A stretch of DNA of 63,955 nt, the filler included, from Octopus bimaculoides (lineage: Eukaryota), in NCBI RefSeq assembly GCF_001194135.2. It is 6 parts of 6 records of this genome, joined end to end, with 100 filler letters (N's around TTAATTAATTAA, not from the genome) between each part and the next. Parts side by side here need not be neighbours in the genome. Positions count along the whole stretch, not along the records: positions 1 to 25,130 come from NC_068984.1; 5 more parts are not named here. One strand, given 5' to 3'. Under the pieces are notes generated by a model. It was given only the letters and a program-made list of their open reading frames with translations, did no database searches and was not told the DNA's origin. The position numbers were made by a program, and so were the translations under genes. Below, piece after piece: positions 10,900-23,500 of this stretch (positions within the stretch are counted from its first letter, which is position 1; each line of letters starts with the position of its first letter).

Positions 10900-12069
10900 A
10901 TGAGAGCTCAATACTAATTGCCTAGCCACTTCTGATATCGTACTTGCTGATATGAGGTAGGACAGCTAGTTAGGAGAAGATACGCAAAAAATCTCGATGG
11001 TATACAATATATCTTTCTCTCTTTTTGCAAGGCAAAGGAACGGCAAAATCCATGGCGATATGAAGGAAATCTTGAAGGAAGGCTTCTCAGCTTACTCTGC
11101 AGTGAAAACCTGGGTGTCAAGGTTTCGAACTGGTCATTTTGAGGTCACTAATGAACCCCAGTCAGAACGGCCAACTTCCGCAACCACAGCGAACAAAGCC
11201 GACGCTGAGCACGAAATGATTCTCGAGGACCGCCAGATTTTAGCTAAACTCATAGCTGAGACTCTGCTGATTTCCTACAAAAGAGTTGGCCCCATCATCC
11301 ATAACATTTTGGATACGAGAAATCTTTCCACGAAATGGTGCTGAAATGCCTGAACGCAGATCAGAAGCGCATCGGAGTGACGACATCAAAGGCGATTTTG
11401 AACCGTTTTGCTGCAGAAAATGTTGATTTTTATGTCTTGTTTAGCCACCATTAATAAAACTTGGCTTCATCCCCAGATCAAGCAGCAATCAGTGGAATGG
11501 CTCCACAAAAGTTCACCGCGTCCCAAGAAGTTTCAGACCTATAAATCAGCTGAGAAGATTCTGGCTTCAGTGTTCTGGGACAAAGATAGCGTATTCCTCA
11601 TAAAACATTTGCCAACGGGTCATACCACCAATGCAGAAAACTACATATCTCTAGCTTTGAAAAAGAAACGCCGTGGAAGGCTGAGAGTGGTGCCTTGTTT
11701 TTGCAGGACAATGCACCTGCACACCCAGCACATGGATCTCTACGGAAAATACGTGACGTTTGCTTCGAATTAGTAGACCACCCACCTTACTCCCCTGACT
11801 TGGCCCACTTTGATTATCATCTCTTTCCACAACTGAAGGACATCTCAAGGAAACGAAGTTTCACTCCGATTTGAAAGGGATTACTGCTACAGAGGCCTGG
11901 TTGGAAGCCCAACCTTCCGAGTTCGTTTGACAGGGTTTAGAAAAACCGAAGGACCGCTGCAATAAGTGTGTGAACCTGGGAAAGGAATACATTGAATAAA
12001 ATCATAATTAACTGATCCTCTTGTATTTTCTTTTACCCAAAGCCAGGAACTTTTCAGCACCCCCTCGTA
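10900..12069 (+). mobile_element. Mariner (DD34D) element remnant with 3' TIR
   Basis: Frameshifted WVSRFRTG..ERP, KILASVFWD, QDNAPAH, HPPYSPDLAHFD; 3' TIR CCAGGAACTTTTCAGCACCCCCTCG-TA. Confidence 0.9.
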
Positions 12070-12452
12070 AATATTCTTTCTTCGAAGACTGAAGCATTAT
12101 AATTCACCTCACCTATCATCTTATCTTATTTTCCTTTTGTCTAATGATGCAAATTATCATTGGTTTTCTTTAAACTCTTGATATTATTCATTTTGTGTAA
12201 CATATCTACATTTGAAATATAAATAAACAATCTTAATGTGGGTGGCATTTTGTGTATATAATCCAAGTTCCTGGCGAAATAGCAAAGGTATCAAAGCAAC
12301 CAGCTCATNNNNNNNNNNNNNNNNNNNNNNNNNNNNNNNNNNNNNNNNNNNNNNNNNNNNNNNNNNNNNNNNNNNNNNNNNNNNNNNNNNNNNNNNNNNN
12401 NNNNNNNNNNNNNNNNNNNNNNNNNNNNNNNNNNNNNNNNNNNNNNNNNNNN

Positions 12453-12520
<68 letters not shown>

Positions 12521-12574
12521 CCTCTGGTCCACAGATGCTGTGTCTCTTCACTCAGCATTTTCTATTGCAGCCTC

Positions 12575-12740
12575 CGGAGCCTTTGCTTCTTAGAGTTAGT
12601 TCTCGTGCCATCTCTACTGAGGTTCACCCAACTAACTTATTTTTTCTCCTCACCCATTTTATGTTTACCAACTCCAAACCTGGCACTAACTACTACACTC
12701 AATACTTGTCACGTTCGTCAAGAAGACATCAGCAATATCA
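12575..12740 (+). repeat. Unclassified interspersed repeat (second copy)
   Basis: See 10290-10455. Confidence 0.7.
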
Positions 12741-13120
12741 ACATCAAAAGACGAGAAGAAAAAAACGTGAGAGAAATCTCTATAAAACATATGTTCTATT
12801 GTGGAGTTTACGATAGATCACAACTCTTGTATGAATTCAAACAATTGATCGACATTTTCACTTCTCTTTTTTAAACTATTGACTTTCGTCTATTTCAATT
12901 GCAAATATGTGAGACGTACAGATAGTTGTGTACATAGATAAATACATGCGTAGATAGCTAAGTTGGTGGGTACGAAGATTGCTAAGGAATGATAGGTAAA
13001 TATAAAGATAGAGAGAGGCAGAGACAGACATAGAGAAATAGTGAAAGAAAGAGAGAGGAACAGACAAAGACGCAGGTAGGCTGGCAGAGACAGAGAGACA
13101 CGGTGAGCGAATGTTAACGT

Positions 13121-13167
<47 letters not shown>

Positions 13168-13658
13168 TGTGTGTGTGTGTGCGTGCCTGATGTCTTTTAT
13201 AGGCATGGCGTATTCATTTAATTGGACTGAGAAAAATGAGTTGCTATGTTGCAGCNNNNNNNNNNNNNNNNNNNNNNNNNNNNNNNNNNNNNNNNNNNNN
13301 NNNNNNNNNNNNNNNNNNNNNNNNNNNNNNNNNNNNNNNNNNNNNNNNNNNNNNNNNNNNNNNNNNNNNNNNNNNNNNNNNNNNNNNNNNNNNNNNNNNN
13401 NNNNNNNNNNNNNNNNNNNNNNNNNNNNNNNNNNNNNNNNNNNNNNNNNNNNNNNNNNNNNNNNNNNNNNNNNNNNNNNNNNNNNNNNNNNNNNNNNNNN
13501 NNNNNNNNNNNNNNNNNNNNNNNNNNNNNNNNNNNNNNNNNNNNNNNNNNNNNNNNNNNNNNNNNNNNNNNNNNNNNNNNNNNNNNNNNNNNNNNNNNNN
13601 NNNNNNNNNNNNNNNNNNNNNNNNNNNNNNNNNNNNNNNNNNNNNNNNNNNNNNNNNN

Positions 13659-13713
<55 letters not shown>

Positions 13714-13868
13714 TTGATATTCTGCGTTTTAGGAATTTGTAAGACAACGAAGTGTGACGGAATTATAAGAAAGTAGGCTAGGATACTTCGCAGAATTGTG
13801 TTCTGACTTGAATCTCTACGCTCTCCATTCAAATCCAACCGAAATTAACTTCGTCATCCATTCTTTAG

Positions 13869-14027
13869 GTTCGATTAGAAAAGAACTGTTAGAGCATCAG
13901 AATAGATGCCTTGCGGCACATGTTTCTATCCTGAGAGCAAAGCTTGCGGCGACACTTGTGTCACGCAGTATCGGCCCTAAAACGACAGGCTTTCATTTTC
14001 CTTGGATAAGATCACTGACGTGGAAAG
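13869..14027 (+). CDS. Candidate symmetric (phase 1-1) exon, SIRKELLEHQNRCLAAHVSILRAKLAATLVSRSIGPKTTGFHFPWIRSLTWK
   Basis: TTAAC branch-like site + CATTCTTTAG acceptor, AAG|GTGAGA donor, 159 nt, only one open frame; product not recognised. Confidence 0.3.
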
Positions 14028-14447
14028 GTGAGACATTTGTACATGGCAACTGTCAGTCTCTTAGTAAAAAAAAAAGAAAAAAAAACTTGTCCAAGCCTGC
14101 ATATATAAGATAAGATACATGCTCGTCTCTAACCGACGGAGGTTCCTATTATCATAAGAAATTGTATGACGTCTCGAAACTACGATTAATTTGGATTTTA
14201 ATTTTGGAGAATCTACAAAGCAAGATAAAATATATCTAACTGTGTCACCCGACAGTCTTGCAGATTGTAGTGAATACTCGTGGGTGATGATGATGATGAT
14301 GAAAAACACATGAAAATACTGTCAAGTGCATCCATTGTTCTGTAGCCTCGGCCGTAGATTTGTCATATAAAGTCAGTCTGTTGAAGGCAAGCAAGCCGAA
14401 ACTTTGAAATCAATCCTCTCCTTTTAGATTTGAATAAACATCTACTC

Positions 14448-15212
14448 GGATCTTGTTCAAAACGGGGGCACCAGTTTTCATTTATGTTTTATGTAGTGTT
14501 TTTGGTACCGAAAGACTTTCAAACTTCGTATACTTATCTATTTTGTGTTATAGAACAGAAAAAAATTTTTGTATTCGAATTTATTTCATGTAAAAAATTG
14601 TCTTATTTCGATAATTTCTACTAATCACTGACGTCTATTCAGNNNNNNNNNNACTCTTAGTCTTCTTAACAAAAAAACCTACATCGCAAGCTATTTCATG
14701 TTAAAGTTGTCGTATTTCTGTAATTTCAACCAATCACTGACGTCTATTCAGTTGAAAACAGTTAGCGCTGTAACGGTGTATATCGTATTAATCCCCTAAC
14801 CCTAACCCTAACAGTAACTAGACTGTTAACCCTAACCCTAAAACTAACCCTAACTCTAGAATCCGAACTCTAAAATTGTTACACACATAGATACGCACAG
14901 CGTAATTTATTATATAAACAATATATGCGTATAAATTACGATTAAACCGGATGAAATATGTCACAGGGAATAACATTTTAAATGACCGGCCAGCAGTAAC
15001 TCTATTCAGCTGAATAGACGTCAGTGATTGGTTGAAATTACAGAAATACGACAACTTTAACATGAAATAGCTTGCGATGTAGGTTTTTTTGTTAAGAAGA
15101 CTAAGAGTAAAAGATGTTTTATATGACACATTCTACTAGTGTCCCAAGTTTCAAAGTGTTTCGTTAGTGTTTCGTTAAGAAAATACTGGTGCCCCCGTTT
15201 TGAACAAGGTCC
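14448..15212. mobile_element. Non-autonomous TIR DNA transposon with 8-bp TSD (Merlin/MULE/hAT-like, superfamily unresolved)
   Basis: TIRs GGA(T/C)CTTGTTCAAAACGGGGGCACCAGT; TSD ATCTACTC at 14440-14447 and 15213-15220; about 200-bp inverted arms; internal CCCTAA-like repeats. Confidence 0.85.
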
Positions 15213-15281
15213 ATCTACTCAACTAAAAACTATTGATTTTTATATAAGCAGGCATTAATATACATATATGTGTGCATGTAT

Positions 15282-15361
<80 letters not shown>

Positions 15362-15689
15362 ACACACACACACACACATACATATATGCATAATACATAC
15401 ATATATTGATTAATTCTTCAGTTTAATGTTATATCGTTTTTATATTAAAAAAAACATTGATATACATACATTGTGCATGTATACATATATGCATATATAT
15501 GTATGTTAAATCTCTGAACGAGGTATAAACAGTAATTGCACGACAACGTGAAGTATGTTTACCACTTAAATGCGGCTAAACCCTAAGGGTGAATGTTACA
15601 GTTGCTTTTAGCCCCAGGAGAACATCTCCTCCAGCTGGCTATATGATGGACTCTCCCGTCTGTTTCGACGTATGAGACTCCGTAAACGT

Positions 15690-15988
15690 ACTCTTATTTG
15701 GTCAGTCATAATGCTTATGTCGAATGTGACATTGAAGACCCGCCATCGATTTACAAAGAAGGCCACAAATAGGTCAGTGCTTGTGGTATATTTGTAGCCG
15801 CTTTTCTCCTTTGCTTGCACCCCGAAGCCTATAAATGCTGGTTGCAACAAAGTTTTTAATACCATTTTGACACAACGATTTCTATTTCGTTCATACCAAG
15901 GTTGTTCGCTCAAAGGTGTTGTGAGCTATCTTCGTCACTAAGAGGTTACTCTTCAGCTTGACCTTATATCTGGTCGACCAACATTCCT

Positions 15989-15990
<2 letters not shown>
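15690..15990 (-). mobile_element. RTE-clade LINE ORF2 C-terminal fragment
   Basis: RNVGRP..YKVKLKSNL..TKI..NTFE, then *PICGLLCKSMAGLQCHIRHKH (C2H2-like end of RTE ORF2). Confidence 0.7.
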
Positions 15991-16024
<34 letters not shown>

Positions 16025-16138
16025 NNNNNNNNNNNNNNNNNNNNNNNNNNNNNNNNNNNNNNNNNNNNNNNNNNNNNNNNNNNNNNNNNNNNNNNNNNNN
16101 NNNNNNNNNNNNNNNNNNNNNNNNNNNNNNNNNNNNNN

Positions 16139-16176
<38 letters not shown>

Positions 16177-17064
16177 CACACACATCAATGGTTGAACAGA
16201 AAGAATACAACAAGGAGAAGTTAGACGAAAGCAGAGCAAACGGGAAAGCAGACGCAAACTTAACGCACGGAAGTTAGACAAACTCTTTCTCTTTCTCTTT
16301 TTCTCTCTCACGTTACTCACACGTGACCATCAACCATCTTTCTTTTCCTCACGTGACTATCTTTCTTTTCCTGCACGACGTTCTAAGGACTGGATATCTT
16401 CTATCTTTTCTCTTTTCAAAGAAAATTTTTTCCCCCAGCGTTCATTATTTTCCTCTCGTTCTGCTCTAACGACCCTCCATGTTTGTTTTCGTTCGGTTTC
16501 CTTGTATGTCTCCACTTTCCTGTTTTTGTTCCCAACTTTGACCCTCCATAAATCCAAAATTTTATTTTGGAATTTATGGGTGCAACTGTTTTCGAAGACT
16601 CATATTGTCGCTGAATGCTCGAAATGAGGAGTAAATAGACAACCGACAACTGATGAGGCGTCGTCCCTTGTGTTACTAGTCCTGTTTTCCATTTCTTTCT
16701 CTCGTTGTCTGCGTATTTAACTTGTTTGTTTTCGTACTTCATGTTATTTACACTGTTGGTGATGTTTTGTATCCATATATGCATATATATTTATATATAT
16801 AATTATTACCTTTGATGGTTTTTATTCCCATGCTGACCACTTGATAAGATCAATATTTTAAATACCGATCTCATCCTTATTTATATAAATTGGTTTTGTC
16901 AGTGTATTTACTGCGCTGATATCCTGTCCGGGATCGCACGAGAAGTTGTTTAGGCGGGCTATTTAAGCTAATCGTGTGCATACGTGCATATATATGTATG
17001 TATACGTCCGTATATGTAAGTATACTGTTTATATACATGTATTTGTATTTATGTACTTGAGTAT

Positions 17065-17120
17065 ATTTCACTGATGAAGGCAGAGCATTTATGCAAAGCC
17101 AGAAATCCAGGATTTGAAAT
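17065..17120 (+). ncRNA. Type-I hammerhead ribozyme motif
   Basis: Stem I AUUUCA/UGAAAU (6 bp), CUGAUGA, stem II GGC..GCAU/AUGC..GCC, GAAA, stem III AUCC-A-GGAU, predicted cleavage after U17114; an unpaired A on each side of the stem II base. Confidence 0.6.
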
Positions 17121-17294
17121 TATCTTATTATTCCTACTGGTTTATTTGGTCTTCGTCTTCGCTAATCGTGCCTTGCGGACATTTATTGTGGTTTTGGAGT
17201 CAGGATTTGACTGGTATTTTTCCAGCGAGGTGGTATCTCTTGATACCCTGTATTATAATTTTAAANNNNNNNNNNTATATATATATTACTATTA

Positions 17295-17368
<74 letters not shown>

Positions 17369-17425
17369 TAATTGAACGCCACGCATCCATTTCCAAGTAT
17401 GTATAAATATACACACATATATATA

Positions 17426-18884
17426 CCGTATATGCCAGTGTATAATACGACTGGGTGTACACGGCCTCCCCACCAGGATTTACATTTAAAAAGTGGGTTT
17501 TGAGCTATACTTGCTGTATAAGATTGCTACAAGTTTACGTGGAAAATAGCTCGAACGCCGAAGGCACGATGTTCATAGTTAAAGGTGCAGGTGAACCGTT
17601 GCTTCCTCAACGCCCCCTGAAGCCTCCGCTTATTTTGTGTTTCAATAGCATTTTAACTATGTTTCAATTAGTAAACTTTGTATACAACAATTCTACAGTC
17701 TTGGTTTAAAGTTTATCCATCTCTTTTGAAGAAGTTGCCAAATATTGTAAATTACCTACTATAATACACATCAAATGTTCCTGGTTGGTGTAAACACTAC
17801 TGTAGTGACGTCACTTAGGCGTCTGTTATTTTACAGAAACTGGCATGGTGTCCATAACACCATTTTCTTAAAATGGATTTACAGATTTACTTACGGTATG
17901 TATAATATTGTATTGTAATATATTAGAAATGTTATAAAGTACACTGCTAGTATTTTCCTTAATTTATAAATTTAGTTTTGCCTCACAAGACTATTAGTCT
18001 TGAAACAACGTACCCATTTTGACGCTGCTCACAGACCATGTCTGCTACATGCTTCTCAAGAATCGGCCAGTGTGCAGTGTCTCCTTCTTAATAAGCCTTC
18101 CTTTAATCTCCAAACTCTTACCATATTTTTGGTAAAACCGTATTTTCTCGCAGCAGCACAGTTGTTGTAGGACTTGGGATATGCTGCCACTTTCAGCTTA
18201 AAACCAGATTCATATTTCCTTCATTTCTCACTTGGGGCTATGAGGGGGCTTTACAGTTTATCCAATGAGAGTACTGATGCTTATGAAAGAGTGACAACTT
18301 GAGCCTTTTCAAGAAACCCTGTCTGTAAATGTTTAAACGTAACCGGTAACTGTAAGGCTTATTGTGATTGGTCTCACTGACACGAACTGGCCAGTCACAG
18401 AAGGTAGCGGTACATGCTGCTAATCTGCCGTAACAAGTAGGTTAGTTACCGTGAACTACACTTGTCCTGAAAGCCCTTCGCTGGCTTAGCGTTGTATAAG
18501 AGAGCGCCCTAGCGAGGCAGTGTAAACAGGTCGGACCCTGAGAAAACGATTGAATGGGTTGATTGTTTACATTTTCTGTTTGTCACCTGTTGCAAATGGC
18601 GATTGGTGTCTGTCCGCTAAATTTGCTGTGCTGTTATTTTAATATAATCTTAATATTAATCTTGCTTCCCAAACATACGTGTATCAATAGAAAATACAGA
18701 GTTGTAGAACCATAGTATCTATCTGACTGCATTACACTGTTCTCCATTGACATTGATGCCACTCTAAACTACAAGAAGTTAAGGTTCAGATTTTATACGG
18801 GATATATAAGTCGACCCCAAGTTTTAGGGAAATGTTTTTAAAGTTCAAATCCTCAAATCTCGTCCTGTACGTCGGTATATATGG
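17426..18884 (-). mobile_element. pogo/Tigger-like Tc1-mariner element, internally deleted
   Basis: TIRs CCGTATATGCCAGTGTATAATACGAC / rc CCATATATACCGACGTACAGGACGAG flanked by TA; minus-strand RKYESGFKLKVAAY..NNCAAARKYG...HWPILEKHVADMV.EQRQNGYVV (Brinker-type HTH + CENP-B-type HTH). Confidence 0.8.
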
Positions 18885-18900
18885 TATATATGTATGTATC

Positions 18901-19290
18901 GTGGAGGCGCAATGGCCCAGTGGTTAGTGCAGCGGACTCGCGGTCATAGGATCGCGGTTTCGATTCCCAGACCGGGCGTTGTGAGTGTTTATTGAGCGAA
19001 GACACCTAAAGCTCCACAAGGCTCCGGCGGGGGATGGTGGCGAACCCTGCTGTACTCTTACACCACAACTTTCTCTCACTCTTACTTCCTGTTTCTGTTG
19101 TGCCAGTAATTCAAAGGGCGAACCTTGTCACACTCTGTGTCACGCTGAATATCCCCGAGAACTACGTTAAGGGTAGACGTGTCTGTGGAGTGCTCAGCCA
19201 CTTGCACGTTAATTTCACGAGCAGGCTGTTCCGTTGATCGGATCAACTGGAACCCTCGTCGTCGTAAGCGACGGAGTGCCAACAACAACA
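18901..19290 (+). mobile_element. SINE family B, well-preserved full-length copy
   Basis: tRNA-like head GGCGCAATGGCCCAGTGGTTAG...GGTTTCGATTCCC; (CAA)n tail. Confidence 0.9.
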
Positions 19291-20010
19291 ATGTATGTAT
19301 CATATCATGTACAGTGTGCGTGTGAGTGTGTTTGGTTAGGTTACGTTTCCTGTCTGAGTCTGAGCTGCCAAGTTAGTGCCCCTTCTCTGTCCGACTCGTC
19401 CTTAAACGACAGGAAACAGAATAGAGCTAAAATATCATTTCACTATTCTAGGCAAGAATATATCTTAGTTTGAGCCAACATAAGCAAATAAACATTTAAA
19501 GCAGCTATAATCCTTCTCATCCGGTAGGTAAACCTCAGGTAAGTTCTACTTAAGAAGCCCACGCATTATCTGTTTTCTAGTATGACTCAAGCAAGGCGAC
19601 AGTTTTCCTTTGAAGCAGAAGATGTAAACAAACTTTTTTATTTTAATGTTTTTATCAAAGTTTTTACTGTCTTTTGCTTACGAGGTTTCTTAATCCGTAT
19701 AAGAGATAAGAGATAAATATTAAACGTCTGTGCAGGAATATGTATTGATTTATATTCTATGTAAGCACAAAGCTTAATATTAACAAGAGAAGAGAAACGT
19801 GAGAATGAATGATGTTCATACCGTTTTGAAAGAGTTTCAGTGATGTCATGTAAAATGATACAACAGGCAATCGAAAACGTATCACAGATGTAACACGCCG
19901 AGAACTAGCATTTTACCTTATGACAATTATCACTAAAAACATTGATTTTATATCCGAACGGGAAGACAATCAATGGAGCCTAGCTAGATGTAACTGCTAT
20001 TTAGTTACGG

Positions 20011-20317
20011 GGTGAAGGCGCGTGGCTTAGTGGTTAAGAATATTCGGCTCCCGATCGTAAAGTCGCGAGTTCGATATCCGGCGGTGCGTTGTGTCCTTGA
20101 GCAAGACGTTTTATTTCACGTTGCTCCAGTCCACTCAGCTGGCAAAAATGAGTTGTACCTGTAATTCAAAGGGCCAGCCTTATCACATTGATCTCCCTGA
20201 GAACTACGTTAAGGGTACGCCTGCCTGTCGAGTGCTCAGCTACATGCACGTTAATTTCAAGAGCAGGCTGTTCCGTTGATCGTATCAACTAGAAATCTCG
20301 TCGTCGTAACGGAGTAA
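20011..20317 (+). mobile_element. SINE family B subtype with CORE-like domain
   Basis: tRNA head, TTGTGTCCTTGAGCAAGAC..CCACTCAGCTGGCAAAAATGAG (CORE-like), same 3' tail as 18901. Confidence 0.85.
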
Positions 20318-20321
20318 CAGT

Positions 20322-20555
20322 ACTTATTTCTTTATTGCTCACAGGGGGCTAAACATAGAGGGGACAAACAAGGATAGACAAAGGGATTAAGTCGATTATA
20401 TCCACTCAGTGCGTAACTGGTACTTATTTAATCGACCCCGAAAGGATGAAAGGCGAAGTCGACCTCGGCGGAATTTGAACTCAGAACGTAACGGCAGCCG
20501 AAATACCAATTTCTTTATTGCCCACAGGGGGCTAAACACAGAAATGGACAAAACA
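20322..20555 (-). mobile_element. SINE family A (5'-truncated) plus a second tail fragment
   Basis: Reverse complement of the 39843 copy; tail TTTCTTTATTGCCCACAGGGG occurs twice. Confidence 0.8.
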
Positions 20556-20579
20556 ACTGATTGGGATCAGTAATACGTT

Positions 20580-23500
20580 ATGATATTACATAAAATATGA
20601 ATATAAAAATTATATAAAATATAAAGAAATCGAATGAAATTAACAATACAGAGACAACACAAATGTAAAGATGATCAGGCCACGCTCCGACCCCACAAGC
20701 CCCGATCTATCGCTGGTACCGTTTTTTTGTTCTTCTTTTATAGCCTAATCACACGGTTCCTTGCACGCACAACACTTGTGCAACATGCTTCCATCTCTTT
20801 TTGAACATAATCTCCGACAGACACCTCTTCTCCAGCCACACCTTCCTTTTCAAATGAAAAGTAAAAAATGATCGTAAATCGTGGCCGGAGATAAAGTTGC
20901 TTGTCTTAATCCCCTTTATCCTTTTATCGTAGTTTTCCATACTGCCTCTTTCGCTATTGCTACAACCGTGAGAAAACAATTCTTACCTTCGTTTGTTAAA
21001 ACTTCTAGTGGGTCAATTTTTATAATTGACTCAGTCGACAGCCGTACTCTTCCTTCACCGGACAACAGGTGTTCAGCATAAACCCACATATCAGATATCT
21101 CCGGACACTGGACAGTAGCGTGAGGGATGGTTTCCCTGTCTCCCCCACATCTTGGACAGGTCGGAAACTGACGCTTACCATGTCTTGCGAGATTATCCCA
21201 AACGGGCAAGGAACCTCTGTAACACTGCCAGGTCAAGGACTTTGGGAAGTTGTCCAACGTTCTCAACCCGAATGTACGATGGAACAGGCTGTCCAGCTGA
21301 ATATACCCGAGACCTAGAGTCGCCCCCAGCTCATCGTCACATTCAGACTATACCAACCCACTATATAAAATTCGTATAGAACCCCCACCGTTAGCGTTGC
21401 CCAAGTGTCGGAATAGCAGGAGGGCCTTACGGCACTCTTTATGCCATTCACTCGACCTCGGTCTACGAGAACACCAGGCTTCCTGTTCGCAAAAACTTTT
21501 GAACTCGGGGAACATTTGTCTGGCCAGCGGAAACCACACCCGTTCACCATCCAGGAGAATCCAGAGATGCCTCAACTTCAACGCATGCTTGCGCATCATT
21601 AACCAAGGCATCCCTAAACCTCCCTTTAACGGCTTTTGACAACAGACAGAGTGTTTCACAAGTGGTGACCTGCCCTTCCACAAAAAGCGAAAGAGCTGAC
21701 TCTCCAACCTGATCAACCCCGAATCCGGACAGAGCACGATAGTCAGGCAGTAGGTAATGACCGATGCGATAAACACATTGGCCACCTCCGCCCTCCCTTT
21801 CGGGGATAGCTACCGCCAAGACCAGATCTTGACTACTGCAGCCACCCAGTTCTTCTCTATCTGGAGGCCTGGTCCAAACCAGACTCCCAGCAAGTTAACC
21901 AGTCCCTCTGTCCAGCGCCCAGCAACGCTGTCTGAAGGCATCAACTTGCCAACTCAGGGGCCGAGCTGCAAGGTGACCGACTTTTCCCGGTTAATATTTG
22001 CTCCTGCCACCATCACGTAAACCTCAATAGTCTTACCCACTTCACGCAAGCGTGCTACTGTGGTTAGGCTGATAGTGATATCGTCCGCATAAGCTGTAAC
22101 AAACTCCTCTAAACCTGGTTCTCTTAGGATGCCACTCAACCTTCGCAGTAGAGTCTCAAGAGCCATCACATACAAAAGTGGTGAGAGCGGACATCCTTGA
22201 CGAACCGAGCACCTGATGCAGAACGGCTTCGAAAGGAAACCGTTTACCCGAACTATCGAGTCAATGTTGTGATACAAAGCGATAAACCACCCGAGGAAGC
22301 CAAGCCCTAAGCCGAACCGCGCAAGCACAGTTGCCAGGTATCGATGGTCATCCCTATCAAAAGCTTTAGACTGGTCCAAATGTACCAATGCCCCACCTTT
22401 GCCAGATTTATCACCAACCCTCTCTATGGTATAGCGAATAAGGTGGAGATTATCTCGAATAGTTCTGTCTGGGATGGCACATGTCTGTGCCTCACCGACT
22501 ATACCATTCACGACACGCGCCAACCTTTTACTAAAACCTTGGCCAAAATCTTCACTTCTGTGTTAAACAGAGTGATGGGCCTGAAGTTATCTTGTGTGTC
22601 TGGGTCCTTTCTGATCAACGTCACTACTCCCCGGCGCACAGATCTGGGGATAAACCCATTCTGTTGCCAGTTCGCGTACACGTCAGCCAGTAGGTGCCCG
22701 AACAAGTCTGGCATACATTTATACAGCTTGTACGGAAGACCATCAAGTCCCGGCGACTTACCCGCTTTACAGTCGGCCAAAGCCGCCATCACCTCTACAG
22801 GCGTGATCGGCCTTTCGCAAGACTCCGCATCCGATCCTGAGAGGCTCGGCAGCTCGGCAAGAAAGTCCTCGAGGACTCCCCCTCCATCAGGACCGCCATC
22901 ACCCCCGAACAGCTAGGTGAAGTACTCCCAAAAGGCCTCACATGTTTCCTCGGGTTCATTTACCAAGACACTATTTTGATTTGTCAAAGACCGAATACTG
23001 GAACTATTTCCTTGTCGAGTTTCCACCACTCTGGCCCATCCAGCGGCCTTGATTCCTTCACTTCCCATCGCACGTAACTTAGCTCTGGAAATACTTCCCA
23101 TGTATTGGGCTTCAAGATGCTGGTTCAACTCCAGTCTCTTCACCTTCACCTGGTCCGCATTACAAGTCCTCCAGGCTTCTAATTCCTTAACTCTTATTCT
23201 ACGTCCCTTCTTAGCTAAACTTATGCTAAACTTAATAGACTCATATTTGATGGTTCTTTTTAGGGCGTATCACCATTTGTTATTAATGATGGTACCTGTC
23301 AATGCCCTCTGTATTAACATCTCAATCCGCTTTCTGTACTCCTCAATCGCTAGATGGGACGTATTGAGTTTCCAGTAGCCAGATCCCACTCTATGTAACT
23401 TATCTACTGCCAGCTTACAGGTAACCATCTTGTGATCACTGTAGCTAACTAGATAAAACTGTGGACACTTTGCTATAGACTTATCTGGTTTTCTAATTAA

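Noticed and set aside
10290-12740. Composite transposon: inverted repeats flanking two mariner pieces
   Set aside because: Arms only about 80% identical, no TSD, a gap in between; more simply two independent old copies of one repeat.
14793-14855. Telomere or chromosome-fusion scar
   Set aside because: Short degenerate CCCTAA tract lying inside a TSD-flanked MITE.
14653-15110. ~100-bp near-perfect inverted identity inside the MITE, duplicating the left arm
   Set aside because: The extra arm copy begins right after a 10-N gap while the outer left arm is diverged; likely a gap-filling or collapse artefact, so not claimed as gene conversion.
15925-15965. CTGAAGA...GAAG hammerhead-like string on the minus strand
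   Set aside because: GAAA core and stem I absent; explained by RTE ORF2 coding sequence (KLKSNLLVTK).
16650-16690. CTGATGAGGC motif (also CTGATGA at ~38658)
   Set aside because: No paired stem II followed by GAAA.
18901-18980. tRNA gene (also at 8200-8255, 20011, 61666)
   Set aside because: A and B boxes present, but no complete cloverleaf or T-rich terminator; each continues into a SINE body.
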